DNA of 49,471 nt, counting the filler, from Basidiobolus ranarum (taxonomy: Eukaryota): assembly GCA_040143965.1 (NCBI GenBank). It is 2 parts of 2 records of this genome, joined end to end, with 100 filler letters (N's around TTAATTAATTAA, not from the genome) between each part and the next. Parts side by side here need not be neighbours in the genome. Positions count along the whole stretch, not along the records: positions 1 to 24,753 come from JASJQH010007023.1; 1 more part is not named here. One strand, written 5' to 3'. Of this stretch, positions 1 through 13,763 are shown piece by piece. Positions within the stretch are counted from its first letter, which is position 1. Each line of letters starts with the position of its first letter. The notes under the pieces were generated by a model. It was not told the origin of the DNA. It saw nothing but the letters and a program-made list of their open reading frames with translations, and searched no databases. Both the position numbers and the translations under genes were made by a program.

Positions 1-2880
1 TGTTGTTCGAGTTGTGGGTAGGTGTTTGCGACTGAATTGGTAAAATATTGTTGTTGTTGCTGATATCCAGGGTTGGATGGCTGTTGAGGTTGTTCGGGCA
101 GAGGCTGCTGGTAAGATGGTGTAGATGGCGGATATTGATTTTGCTCGGGTTGGATTTGTTGGTAATTGGGAGCACTGGAGGGTTGATGAGAATGGTTCAC
201 TGGTAGGTTAGTGGATGGTTGGGGATAGTTAGTGGGTTGTGAAGCATAGGCAGGTTGTGGTGGGTTGTTAGGAAGAGGAGTTGGTGCCGACTGCTGTGGG
301 AAGTAACCTGTAGAGTAACTAAATGGTATTAACAGTTGTTAGTACAGCAAAAAACAGAATTTCAAGATCTAATAGATGCTTACTCAGGTTGTCCATTGGT
401 ATCAGGGTAGTTGTTGTTAGTAGTGTTGGGGTAGGCTTGATTTCTAGGATCCGAAGTTCCTACGTAGCCGTTCTGTGTGGGATTACCCGGTGAAACAGAG
501 TTGTCTGGATAGAAGTTGTTCTGAGCAGGGCTGGCGTGGGTGGGTGGATACATTGCTCCATACTGTTGAGAATGATTGTAACTCGATTGACGCTCAAATT
601 TAGGAACAGACTCCTCATACGAGGTAGCAGGTAATGAGGAATGATTGTTATAGTCCAAGTAGCTGGGAACTTGAGGATACGCCTGAGAAGCAGTAGGGAG
701 CGATGGATAGGCTTGCGCATGTGAAGGTTGATAGCGGTTGGTATTCCCTTGTGGTGACTGCATAGTATGAATACCTGATAGGCGTTCTTCTAGTAGACGA
801 TCATAAAGCTTTACAGCTGTAGTAATTTTCTCATTTAGTTGAACAAAATCACCTGTAAAATAGATTCGTTAGTAAGAGTACGAGTAAAGTTTAATACAAA
901 GCACCAAATCTTACGATGCTTCTGGATCGAACTCTCGAGGTCCTTTACTAGCTTTGGTTGTAAAGCAGCAACTTGTCCATATAGTCCCTAAAGAGTTTTG
1001 CTTAATAAATAAGTCACCGACAAAGGAGATCGAGTCGACTGAACACTACCTGAATGTGTGGGTCTCTGGCAAGATCATCACCACTTTGTTGAATTCTACT
1101 AATAAGAGTTATGAACATTTCGATGTTCTCTTGCTCTAATTTGGATAGATCATTAGATGGAGGAGCAACTTTTTTACTCTAAAAGAAGGAATCAGCATAA
1201 ATTGAATCAATTAGACAGTCTAGTGGCACCACTTGCTAACCTGGCTATTGAGTTCCGGGTATGTGTTTTCATATGATGCTTGATGTGGATTATCCAAGTT
1301 CGACCAAGTTTGAGAAATATGAGTTTCTCTCAAGGAGGCTGCAATAGCGGCAGCTAACTCGGGATCCTCTTCCTCCTGGGCAATTTAAATATAAGTTAAC
1401 GGAGGCATTCAGTATACTAAAAGCTTTCGTGACTAAATTACCTCCTTGACGACAGGCTTGCTCTTTATATCTTCTTGAGGCTTGACCTGGGACGCAGGTG
1501 CATAACCGCTGTAGCCTGACCTGTTCTCGGCTTCCTTAATGGATAGCTCTATGGCACGTTTCAAATCATCATCTTCATCATCGACATTCGCTGTGGAGTT
1601 GTTGTTGGATGTCCCTGTAGTAGCGGTTACTTTCGAAGTTTGTGGAGTCAGCGATTTAGCATTGTCAGGTGAATTCACAGAGCTGGGGTCTTGGAAGCTA
1701 CTTCAATATAAATAAGCATGCATATTTAAAGAGTTAAAGTGGGTTCGGTATTGAATTTCCACTTTACCTAGGTGTGAGATTTACAACCTTCTTGAGCTTT
1801 GGATAGCACCCATGACAAACACGTACATCTTCATGAATACCAAAGTGTGGAAGTGGCATATTATTAGAGGAGCATTGTTGGCAAAATGTTTGCCCACAGT
1901 TTCTGCAGTGATGCTAGCTAAGAGTAAGTGACAAAGTTGAATGGAGAGTCATATGGTTCTTTCACGTACTTTTCTATTTGTCATAGTGAATGGAGTTCTG
2001 CAGCGCATACAGACATCACTATCAGACCATTCAGGAGCCTAGTTGTTATTCCAAAAAAACATCAAGGGTAAGTCATATTGAAATATATAAATATAGTTGA
2101 AATTTCAAAACTCGACTTACAGTAGCAGTATCAAATAAGTTGGGATTTACTTTTGAATCTTTAGGGAAAGAGAAACCTACGAGATTTGGTTTGTGTAAGT
2201 ATACCAGTATAGAGGAATATTTGCAGAGAGGAATATACCTTCAGCTTCTAATTGTCTATAGACTTGTTGGACGTAGCTGAGTTCACTTTGGGATTGGAAA
2301 GCATCGGCCCAAGCTTTAATTAGCTCAAGAATTTTCGATTTGACGTCTCGATTGACACCAACCTAAGAAGTTTCATCAAAGCTGTTACTAGATGCGTATG
2401 AATTATTTACAAATTGAAGGGATATTTACTGGATTTTTTAGCATCGAGACCAGATTATCCATGAACTCTCGAGAGGCAATTTCCACCAAGAAATGTTTTC
2501 CTCCGTTTTTAACGCAAGCATCCGTTAGCTATTCGAGGGAAGCGGTTTAGAAATAAAATGGGGAGTAAAGATGTGTGCTATTCAAAAAGGATTTACTTTT
2601 AGAGCCAGAAGCTGGACGTTAGGATTGTTATGGTTCAGTCGTTTAGTTAGGGAGCGAACGGCGTCTTTAGCAGGGACTTTTTTACTTTTAATCTTGTCAC
2701 ATATGTCGAAGTTTAAAGCAATATCCTCCTCCCCGTTAGGGATTGCCTCTGAAGTAGCTTTCTCTATGATTGGAAGGGATATGAATTAGTAAAGAGAATA
2801 TCTAAGTCCTTGAGCATAAGTTGCATTCACATACCAACAAGCTCATCAAGTGGATTAGTTCCAAAAAATATGGATACCAT
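1..2880 (-). CDS. VPS27: ESCRT-0 subunit Vps27/Hrs (VHS-FYVE-UIM-UIM-GAT, P/Q-rich tail), multi-exon, 3' end beyond window
   Basis: ATG at 2880 ([15 protein letters not shown]). Spliced exons give VHS (KATSEAIP...[36 protein letters not shown]), FYVE ([10 protein letters not shown]...[17 protein letters not shown]...RVCHGC) and UIMs ([28 protein letters not shown]). Confidence 0.93.
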
Positions 2881-3454
2881 GTTTATGATTGTTAAAATTT
2901 ACTGAAGGGTACTAGTATAAGGTATAAGATTTCAAAAGTAGTCTTGAGCAGTTATATTGAACTTTAAAGAATACGGAGGTATAATGAACTCATGAAGTAC
3001 TACAAATCTGCATAAGGTTGATCTTCGATTATTGTTTTGTTGGTTAAAATCGAATATTGGAAAAGTGGTGGAAAATATGGATATTTTGTAGCAGCGCATA
3101 TAATATGATCCAGTTTGTCTACAATCAAATAAATTAACGAAGACGGAGTATGAATAAAAAGGGTAATCAGAGAAGGTACATATTAACATATATGGTATTT
3201 TGATTTTTAATGAAGCTTTACGTGGTGATACTACAAGTAGTCGAATTCTACCAGTGAGTTGATGTCCAAGTGAACCAATAATTCCAACCAAATGCAATTA
3301 AATTTAAGGAGCTCTTATATTATCAAGAATATTTAATTATTCGGATTTTCATTAGTCACTTTTCGATGTAAATCACAGTAACAGTTCATTGCAGTATTTA
3401 GGGTGGTAAGTTCAGTGCTTCAGAAGAAATCTAGACTACCAACTGGCCAAAGTT

Positions 3455-5463
3455 CTACCAACTGGCCCACTGCCTTTTAAATGTATCAGCTAAGCCCAAC
3501 ATATCTAGGAGTAAAAAACCACCATTAGCTAATGTTGCCAACGAAAAGAGCACAATTAAACCCACCAGTATCGCAATCAGAACGGGCTCGTGTTTGTAAG
3601 GCCTCTGGTATCCATTCATTAATCTTTGAGATTCTAGCCTCGTGGTTGGGATGTGTGCTGAGATATTGTGGGGGACCACCTTTTTCTGCTTTGCTCATTC
3701 TCTGCAAAATACAAAAGATCCTCTTCAGAAAGATTTCTTCGTTAAAACTATGGAATTAGCACCAACCTCCCACATACGAACCGCTGTATTTTACCGGTAA
3801 ATAGAAGGTTAGATTTGGTTGTCTTGGAGGAGAATTAATACTAAAAATACCTTCATAAGGATCATAGCATGCTTGTGCCATGAGTTGAAGGCTACGCGAA
3901 TACAGGTTAGCAGATGCAGGTTAGCTGATACACACACTTTACCAAGAGTGCATTGAAATTACCCGATCTAAACCTCGAATCAGTTAGTTGGAATTGGATG
4001 GATTGTAGGATTTGTGATAGAAGTACCATGTCAGCTTCAACTTCGCATTTACGGCTAAAAGGCAGGACAACCCCTAGAAAAATCCATTTCCTTTTCATCA
4101 AACAAGGAACCTCACGTGCTAGAGATCAGAGAGAATTACCTAATTCCAGGAATAGTCTATTGAACGCATAGGGCATGCCAAGCGCTACATCCAGAAAGAG
4201 TTGGAACTTGATTCCAGATTGGTTAGGAACTCAAATCAAGGAATAGATCAAAGAATCTATGAAACATACCATCAAAAGGATCTTCATGTGTGACATTTTC
4301 TCGGCAGAGTGTCTAATACAGTCAGATTATTACGATGACATAAATGCAACAGTGCTTGTCAATACCTAGCGACTTGATGTGCCACCTAACAGAAATTGAG
4401 TGTCGATTCAATAGAAATGCCAGAAAAACCTACTGCGGTTTACCTCATGTCCTAATACCGCAGCCATACCGTCTTTGTTTTTAACTATAGGAAGGATGCC
4501 CTTTAACATGGTTATTGTTTAAGCTTTGTAAATGTTTCGAGTGGTGTTCTAACTTACTGTAAACACGAAAACTTTGCCGCCTTTGAGGTATCAACGATAA
4601 CGTGTTGAGAATGCTTTTTGTATGTTGAATAGGGAGATAGTCTATAGTACACTACCTGGTAGCACAAAAGCATTTCTCTCTGGAGAATCGATAACGTGTA
4701 TTTCCCAGTTCAGATTGTCCATACCGCATACTATATTCCGAATTAGCAGTGATTTAAGTGGATATGGAAAAAATTAGCAACCTTTGATAATTCGCTCGGC
4801 AACATCTGTAACCCATCTAGAATACTAGACAATATCTAGTTAGTTGTCTACGAATTTAACAGGTTCGAAAAATATAAAGTTACTCTGTGATTAGGCGGGA
4901 GTATTTGGTGGCCATACTAAATTATGAAATTTAGTTAACGAAGCAATTCTACGTGAATACTCTAAGGGTCCATTCCTGTCTGATACAGAAAAGTAATGGA
5001 GTTGTATATAACCTCTTGAATAATCTCTTGATAGGACATTTTGGATAGCTTTTCCTCTTGAGTAGGTGATATATCCATAAAACGACGACGTCCACTTATG
5101 GGTACTGTTTCCAAATGGGCAATATAGTAAGACCCTGCTAAACCACCAAAGACACCTGTACCAATCCAGAACTGTTTTCTATTGTAGAAAGGCTCTTTTT
5201 TGTGGGTTAACAGTTGTTGGAAATGTAGGGGTTGATTCTATGCTCAGGACTAGAAAGAAAAGCGAATACCTCGATTAGATTGAAAGCGCTGATATTGTAC
5301 TTGAGGTCTGAGGATTATTTTATTAGGAAGTCTTCCCCAAGTGTTCCTCCCTATGATATTATAAAGCTCGTTACTTGAGTATAATAAAACTTGTATTCTA
5401 TATGACTACGCTCTGTTTACCTAGATTAATGGGCCCCCGAGTTTTGAACAAATTTCGAAACAT
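3455..5463 (-). CDS. OMA1: Mitochondrial inner-membrane M48 metalloprotease Oma1, many short exons
   Basis: ATG at 5463 (MFRNLFKTRG, presequence-like). Motifs: HLETVPISGRRRFM, NAFVLPGGKVFVFTG, HExxH (GHE|VAH split by an intron), PFSRKCEVEADMIGLQLMAQACYDP, YLSTHP. Stop TAG at 3455-3457. Confidence 0.92.
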
Positions 5464-5805
5464 TCTTTATGCTTCAAAGGCTGGAATACCTACGGTTATT
5501 AATGAAATCGAAATCGTATTCACGATTCTCTTATTTTGTATTAACCGTAACTTTTGCAGTAATCTACGTCACTTGCGAAATCATCCGAGAAAATCTCGAG
5601 CGAATTGAGAAACGCGATTTTCTTACGAAATTTATTATTTATTTAAGCAAAGTATATCAATCTATATATACTTAAAAAAATCCTGGAACAAAAGTGGTCA
5701 CACTATCTTGGTGGAAAATGCAAACAGTTCTAGCAAACTGATCATGGAAGAATATCAATAATTGAACAACAAGTTTTCTATAGTTTCAATCGCTGCCATT
5801 TGTTA

Positions 5806-8800
5806 CTAAAATAGATCTTTCAGTCTTGCTTGAATAGGCGGCGAGAACAACTGGATTATGGCTCGGATTTGTGACATGCTTTCAAAGTCAACCTGGAATT
5901 GGTATTTAATATGATAGCTAAATTTGAGTTAAGAACGCCAAATGGTATTTCCAGATCATATAATCAACATAATAAACACTTAGAAAGGATACAGGAAATC
6001 ATATATTTGCTCCAGTGCCCTGGTGGATGCATTGTCAGGTACGGTCAAAACGGAGGACAGATCTTGCAGAATGTACATCAAATCCATCAAAATCTATTGA
6101 AAATTAAGTAAAGCGTTTATGTAACGAGCATGCGTAACAAAACTAATACCTGATGCAGTAAACGAGGTGATTTCTCCAGTCGGAACAGCGAAGGGCCAAC
6201 AAGTGCACAAATATAAAGCATCTGTGTGTCGGAGGTAACTTGGCCACCTCGAAGAGACATCAAACACTGGTGCATTGTTTCAAATATATCAATACTGCTA
6301 TAGTGGATCATGCTTTGAAATAAAGTCAAAAAAGTGTTTGGTCCATTGATAGTGAAATTGTGATAATTGAACATGTAGTTGTTGAATATATAAGGAAGAG
6401 TGAAGTTTCGAGATGCAGAGGTTGACATCTGTATACCGGATTCACTGAAGCTGTCGTTGAGTTTTACGAACGTCATCGAACTGGATGCTCGAGGCTTTGG
6501 AAATAGTGTTGAGTAAATCATAATTAATATTACAACGTTGTGGTATATGCTAGAAAAGAAAGACTTACAGGGATGGAAACTTCAGATCTTTCAAGCAGAT
6601 ATGAATCAGCCTTCAACAAAACTAAAAGTTCTTCAAAAACGACAGTAACAAACTCCTCATGGGGCAAAGATGCTAATAGCAGGCCAAGAGCATGAAGAAC
6701 AACCGAAGGATAACCGTCACTTTTCCCAGAGTTGCCCATAATTAAGCTATGGAACAATTCCACTATGGTTCTGGCAGGGAGTGGACATGCCAGAATCTCT
6801 ATAGATACAGTCATTAAGGCTTGTAGACTGGGATTAGAGAATTCTCGGAAATGACGCTCAGGCAAGTCAGAATCACTCTTGAAATCGCACTTCTCGGGAG
6901 ACATTGCTAACATAGCATGGTTAATATAATAATAGGAATAGCTACTCAAATCTATACTTTATCTCACCTTCGGCTAGCTTTGTCAAGATCTTTTCAAAGT
7001 AGTTGCTGTCAAACATAAGGGGTGGGATGTCCTGATCAACATACTGCTTAAATTCTTCTGAGAACTGGTACTGTTGGAAATCTGCCAACAAAATCAGATA
7101 TAATTATATAAAACAGATCACATGTATCTACTAATAATTACCGGCAAGTTTCACCAAGAGTTTGGCGATTTCCGGGTCTTTAAGAGCTCCTGATCTATAG
7201 TAATTTTGAAGTGTATCCCGAATAAAGGCCAAAGGAGTTTGATGATAACGGTATAGTTTTTGGAATTTATCGAGTACCAGTTTTAGTAAGTCCGATTGTT
7301 CAAACTCAATGAGTTTTCCAATGGTAATATCCAAGAACGGAATGACCCTAAGGATTAAATTATCATAGTATATAGGCATTGGTGTGGACAGAGCTGGCTT
7401 TAACTCCTCCTTGTTCGAGACATAACCGTTCATGGCGAAGGCCTCGTATTCGAAATATTCCGGAAACTTGTCCAAATACTTAGTCAACTTTTCGTGGAAG
7501 TCATCCTCAACCCAGTAGCGAGGATTGAATTCAAGTGATATCCAAAAAGATAATCGCTCATCAAATTCTGTGGATTCGACAAGAACTTTCTCTAGTAGCT
7601 TGAAATTCAATTGAGTGGTATTTGAATGGCCTCTGGTCAACGCAAAAATCACATGCTCGAAGCTAACCAGTTGGTAAGTCCAGATAAAACTTGTCAGTGT
7701 TTCACAAGCCTACACATGTATACCGTAAATATTGGGAAGATCGGGTATACGAAACGAAGGACTCATTACCTTTTGCAAGTTTTCAACATCTTGATTTTCT
7801 TTTAGAATGTAATCTATCAAATGAAACACGTTTTCTGCAGTCTCACACAAAGGAAATTTGAGGGCGATTCGTCGAATATCTATGTCAGAAAAGCAGAACC
7901 ATTAGCATAAGATTCAATGATATTCAGAATCAAACAGGAAAAACATACGCTCAACAAAAGTAGAATCCAACGCTTTATCCTGAAAAATATTCCACAATAC
8001 GCATAGAAATTGGAGTTGATTCTCTTTTTTAGAGTAGTATTCTAGCAAGCCATCTTCATTTTGTGAATTAATTTCCCCAGTAGTAAAGAGTGCATGTGCT
8101 GAGCATTCCTGAATCATCTTCGACACCTATTTTTCATGGTTAGTGTATATATAAGTAGCAGGTCAATGGATCGATATTACTTGTTCAGAATTGACAGATG
8201 TCTCTTCTATTTCTGTTTGACTCTGATAAAAGGAACGAACAGAGTCGGGGAAATAAGCAAGTGTTTTCTCTGACCACGTTAACGGTTTTCCGTGCAACGA
8301 TTTGAGAGCACTGTGTAGTTTTTCTTGAGAAATATCATCCAACCCCCTACGTAATCTTTAGTATTTGCCTTCTCTTGTATACATTAAGTGCAGCATACCT
8401 AAGTCGGATGATTCTTGCAATAGTCATGACCATTGTTCGAGCTGTGATTTCAGACTCCGGGAACCATACATCTTTATCTCTGGTCGAGTCGGATAAGGTT
8501 TGAATAATATCAAGGTTCGATTGTATCAACTATATGAGTAAAAGAGATTAATAATAGCTAGGAAAACAAATCAAAAAACTCAATCTCTCACTATCAAATT
8601 TAAGGAAAACGACTCTAATATGTGATATATATGATGATGCTCTGTTGAAGTCAGGGAATGCTTTACACAATGAACCAGATTTAAAACGATAGAAGAATAT
8701 TTCAAGAATCTGGGAAGTCTAAAATTGAGCAACTGTAACATGGTAGACTGCCAACGAAGAGTGTGATCAGAAAGACTGGGCCCACCCTCAGCGTGAGTCT

Positions 8801-11709
8801 TCATCGCTTTATCACATCTCTTTAGCCTTTCAAATATCTCTCTCATCATGAGCTCGGCACTAAATTATAAAGTCATAGAAGCATATTAGTACTGATAAAC
8901 ACATGCCAAGTTTAGAACAAAGACCTTACGAGCATGGAGCACTATGCAACAGTTTATATACTACATCAAGTACGTATGGCGAGACACAGTTTGCTTGACC
9001 GGATCCATCCTGGAAACGAGGGCCCGCCTCACTGTCTAACATCATTTTATAGATGAGCTGCAGTAATCTTGAAAAATGGGTTAATACAATGGTTGGAAGC
9101 ACTCCAATCCAATAAATAGACCAAGTACCGTTGCTTTCCATTTATGTTAATAAAGTCCAAGAGCTTATACCCTAGGATGCCGCCTTTAAGGTATGTGTTT
9201 TGAGGGAATCCTAGAGTACCAGTATCCGATTTATTGGGAACCAAGTAGACGTAAAGTGTGTTGGGAACAATATGTTGCCGAAGTTGACTGACCAACGCAA
9301 CCTTATTGATTTCATGGAGTGTTAGGTTTCTGAAGACATCATGCTTAGTAATGTTTGCTATGATGCGATGCTCAAGTTAGTTCTAATGGCTACAACTTGG
9401 ATATATCAACCAGGAATAGGTACCTTTATAATGCGAGGCAAAATAAGTTTGCAAATGGTAACAAACTGTAGCATAACTCATAGCAGATGTCAAGTTTGGA
9501 TGTCGATACTTTAGGTTGGATCTATCGCGAAGGTGTGATTGCTGGTGGCTTAGCTACAAATGATATAAGTTAATAAGGTATAGCGCCACTTTTTAGCATA
9601 GAAATTTAAATTCTCACTGCGCAAGGAAGCGATAAATCTCGGAGATAGAAACCGTCTTGTGAAAGAACCTGTTTTTCATTGTAAAGTTTGACCATTTGAG
9701 ACAAGTAGGTCTCATCATTGGCAAAATCCCTAGCTATCAGATTACCCCCCAGTCTCTCAATATCTATAAAATGGAAGAGTTAAGGAGCTGCTGTGTATAT
9801 AAAATGGAAGATTTACAACAAGTGTGACTGATGCCAAGGATACGAAAAAGTTGCAATAAAAGCCATAAAAGAGAATTGTCTTTGGGGATTTTATCTGAAT
9901 CGATATCTAGAGCATCGTCTGGTCGAACGATTTGAGAAAAATCTGACAATAGATCGTCGAACCCTACAAGGCTGAAATAAAAGGGATTAAATTGTGTACG
10001 CTAGTCAAAATTCGTTGAAACCATCATTTACTCGGAGGATACCAGGCTATATAGCTGGTCAGCAACCTCAATCATACATTCCCAAAAATCGATATTCTCG
10101 GGTACTATCACATCTACTTCCGAGCCACTGCTTTGAGTGGAATCTACACCTGAAGAATAGTTAGCATTAGGGCTAGTCTATATTGTGCTACAATAAAACC
10201 ACTTCAACATCCTCACCTTGCTTTGGCTCATCGAAATGACTAATCTCACGTGCGCGTATGACTAAGTCGCGAATTTTATCAACTATCGCTTTACGAATAA
10301 AATTCCGATCTGTACTATGCCCTTGTTGCGTTAAGATCCCTCGTAAATCCTCTATCGAAGATCTTTGAAAGAGAAGATCTCTCAGATGTGAATACGTGGA
10401 TGTAGCAAAGTTACTACCAATAAATTCATCCTAACTAGTATATTAGTGAATGATACGAGAGCGCGAAAATCGAAAGAAAAGTGAACACGTACAAAATCGT
10501 GTTGAAATATCGTACAGTGTGGCTGATTGGTGACATGCGTATATTCATGACTTCGGCTAAACTGGGAGATAAGTGGCCAAGACGCGTCTAGGTAAAATCC
10601 AGATTACAACAAGCTCTATGTACGTATGTAACTTTAATAGAATTACCAGGCGGTACCAAGATAAAAGCTAGCTGACGCCTCCTTTTACTTAGTGCGTTGA
10701 TAAGTGGTTCGACAAGCCAATGGACATTCTTTACATAATTCCCCTGAACAAAATTCGAATATATATCTGGGAGCTAGAAGAATATTGATTAAGAAGTGTC
10801 ACGTAACCGATTTTCTTAGCTAGGAATTACCTGTTGTATTAGCTCATAATATGAGAGTGAACCAGATACTTTCTCTCCAGATAACGGGAGCATTTGGTCG
10901 AGTAATTCTTTTCCTTTTTCCACACACGAACGCTGGGTTTCGTCAACAACAGTTGGAAGAGTATTGATCTGTTTGAGAACAACTTTGACAAAGTTGATCG
11001 CTATATGGTTTGGTATAAAAATCCTTTGTTTCTCCTCTTTAAGAATATCCAAGATAAAATTCAATATTTGTGTCCATAACTGCGGTTTTTTTATATCAAG
11101 TAAAATAGCAGCCTGCTCATAAATATATGTCGAAGGAATGCTGGAAAGTTTATCTGCGTCCATAATACTACTCTTCAAAAATCCAAACAAAGATATCACA
11201 TATTCACTAGGATAGCTTTCCTTGGCGATAATGTCGAAAATACTTTTCAAACCTTCGCTCTGTAAAGTAATTTATGAGTGTAAACACCCTAAAAAGAAAA
11301 AACATTTTAATGGTAAGATCCGAGCATACCGGGTTGTTGGAAGTTTGTATGGCATTGGTTAAATCGAAATTCAGTTTATCTTGAAATGCTTGCTCTTCAT
11401 CCGTTCTGGTTTGTAAGTCACCTCCATTATGTGTTTTGATTTTTTTTGTCGGAGATTCGAATATACTTTAAACCAAAAAGTAAATACAAAAGAAAGGATG
11501 TAGTACAAAGTAAAAAATATTAGGATAATCTATACCCATAATAGAATTCTTTGGATTCTGAGGCAACTGAACGCTAGAAATTAGGAAATGTTTTTCAAAA
11601 GATCACCTCAGTAAACTTCTTTTGTGGAATGTCGAATGTGTCTTTTAAATACCTTATTTTTAGTGAAGCTCTCTTCAAGGTACTTTTTAACGATCGTGTC
11701 TACCTCCAT
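5806..11709 (-). CDS. MED23: Mediator subunit Med23 (tail module), multi-exon
   Basis: Motifs resemble metazoan MED23 as recalled: YWVEDDFHEKLTKYLDKFPE, MPIYYDNLILRVIPFLDITIGKLIE, LYRYHQTPLAFIRDTL, HFREFSNPSLQALMTVSIEILA, IYDFLYHIKYQF. ATG at 11709 (MEVDTIVKKYL), stop at 5806-5808. Confidence 0.85.
5918..5992 (-). other. U12-type GT-AG intron (last intron of MED23)
   Basis: 5'ss GTATCCTTT, branch TTCTTAAC (5935-5928) about 10 nt from the AG. Splicing restores DFL|YHIKYQF in frame. Confidence 0.88.
9764..9843 (-). other. U12-type GT-AG intron (MED23)
   Basis: 5'ss GTATCCTT, perfect branch TCCTTAAC (9786-9779), 3' TAG. Splicing joins LLQLFH|IERLGG with an open frame. Confidence 0.87.
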
Positions 11710-12045
11710 TTTATCGCGTCAGTGTATATGCATAAAATGGATAGCTCGTAGACCAACTTCAATAAGTACTTTGTAAATTTGATAATAGAATCATCGTGAT
11801 TAAATGATGGTCAAATCTGACAGAAAATTGACACTATATAAACAATAATTCATCAGTGTCAAACCAAGCATTTACTCACTATCAAGTTGACATAATTATT
11901 GTGAGATCTCACAATTCTCATAAATGATTAATAAACAAGACATTATGTCATTTATATGATGTTTAATAAAGGGACTTTTAGAGCAATATTTCTTGAGCAG
12001 CTACATTTATCCATAAGCTTGCCAGAAAAGTTGAGCTGTGGTATT

Positions 12046-12147
12046 GAAAATAGTGACTGACGAATCTTAGCTTACATTAGAAAATAGTGACTGACGAATC
12101 TTAGCTTACATTAGAAAATAGTGACTGACGAATCTTAGCTTACATTA
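12046..12147. repeat. Perfect tandem repeat, 34 bp x3 (GAAAATAGTGACTGACGAATCTTAGCTTACATTA)
   Basis: Copies start at 12046, 12080 and 12114, with no spacers. Confidence 0.97.
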
Positions 12148-13090
12148 TAATTCATAATGTTAGAGCGACTTAGTTTTACAAGGGTTTTGCTAACAGTCAT
12201 GTTATCTTTAGTGTCACACTCTATCCATTGTAATTGCTCGTTGACATATGTGGAGGATTGAAATTCCTACGGATTGCCGATCTGATGGCTCCAACAAACA
12301 CATTTGTTGGATGTAAAGTTGCAGGGTAGGCTATTTACACCATGCCTATAATATATTAATCTCATGTCTATAACCTTAAGAGATCGTCTCTTTCAAAAGC
12401 CATTCAATGCTCAGCTACAGTATACCTTTTCACCACAAACCATCTCATATATTGTGAATTTAAGCATGCTGCATCAAGTGATTCAGATCAATAAACTCCT
12501 AACCCAACTACCCAATAACACCGTTGTAGTAGCGTTGATGTATATATGAGAAGTATTTAAAATACTGCCACAAATTCCCTCCTTCTCGTGCTTATCCTCA
12601 AAACTCTTCTGAAACTTCTACCCCTATTTATTTATCCATGTAAAATGAGCTGTACAACCTGAAAGCAGTATTATGTCCATATTGCCTTTTTTGGAATTCC
12701 ACCTCAATCTTAGATCCTATGTATCTGCTTTAGTAGGTTACTTATCTTAGATGATGGAGTGCTATATTTAACGTTCGATGACTATGCAGATTCTTGCATT
12801 ATTAGCGGTTTAGCACGATCACATAATGACTCCGTACATACGATGCTCAAGTCCACCAATATCCAATTTTCTAGCATATATTACAATCAATAACAACCCA
12901 TTCTCCTTTATGTCATAGGAAATCGATCGCTTAGGTGTGGCAGCAAGTCTAGGCACATCCTAGTTGCTATGACATCGTTGAAGCCATACCAATTACCAAA
13001 ACAAGTTTACTATATATATCCCCTTCCCCTACGTTCCGAATTTGCCCTCTTGACCATCTGGATTCTGATTTCTATCACTTGCTTCAAAAT

Positions 13091-13763
<673 letters not shown>

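Noticed and set aside
3436-3467. 13-bp direct repeat duplicating the OMA1 stop region
   Set aside because: Real but small, consistent with local slippage and with no coding effect.
12046-12147. CRISPR-like 34-bp repeats
   Set aside because: The copies are head-to-tail with no spacers, there are no cas genes, and the context is eukaryotic.
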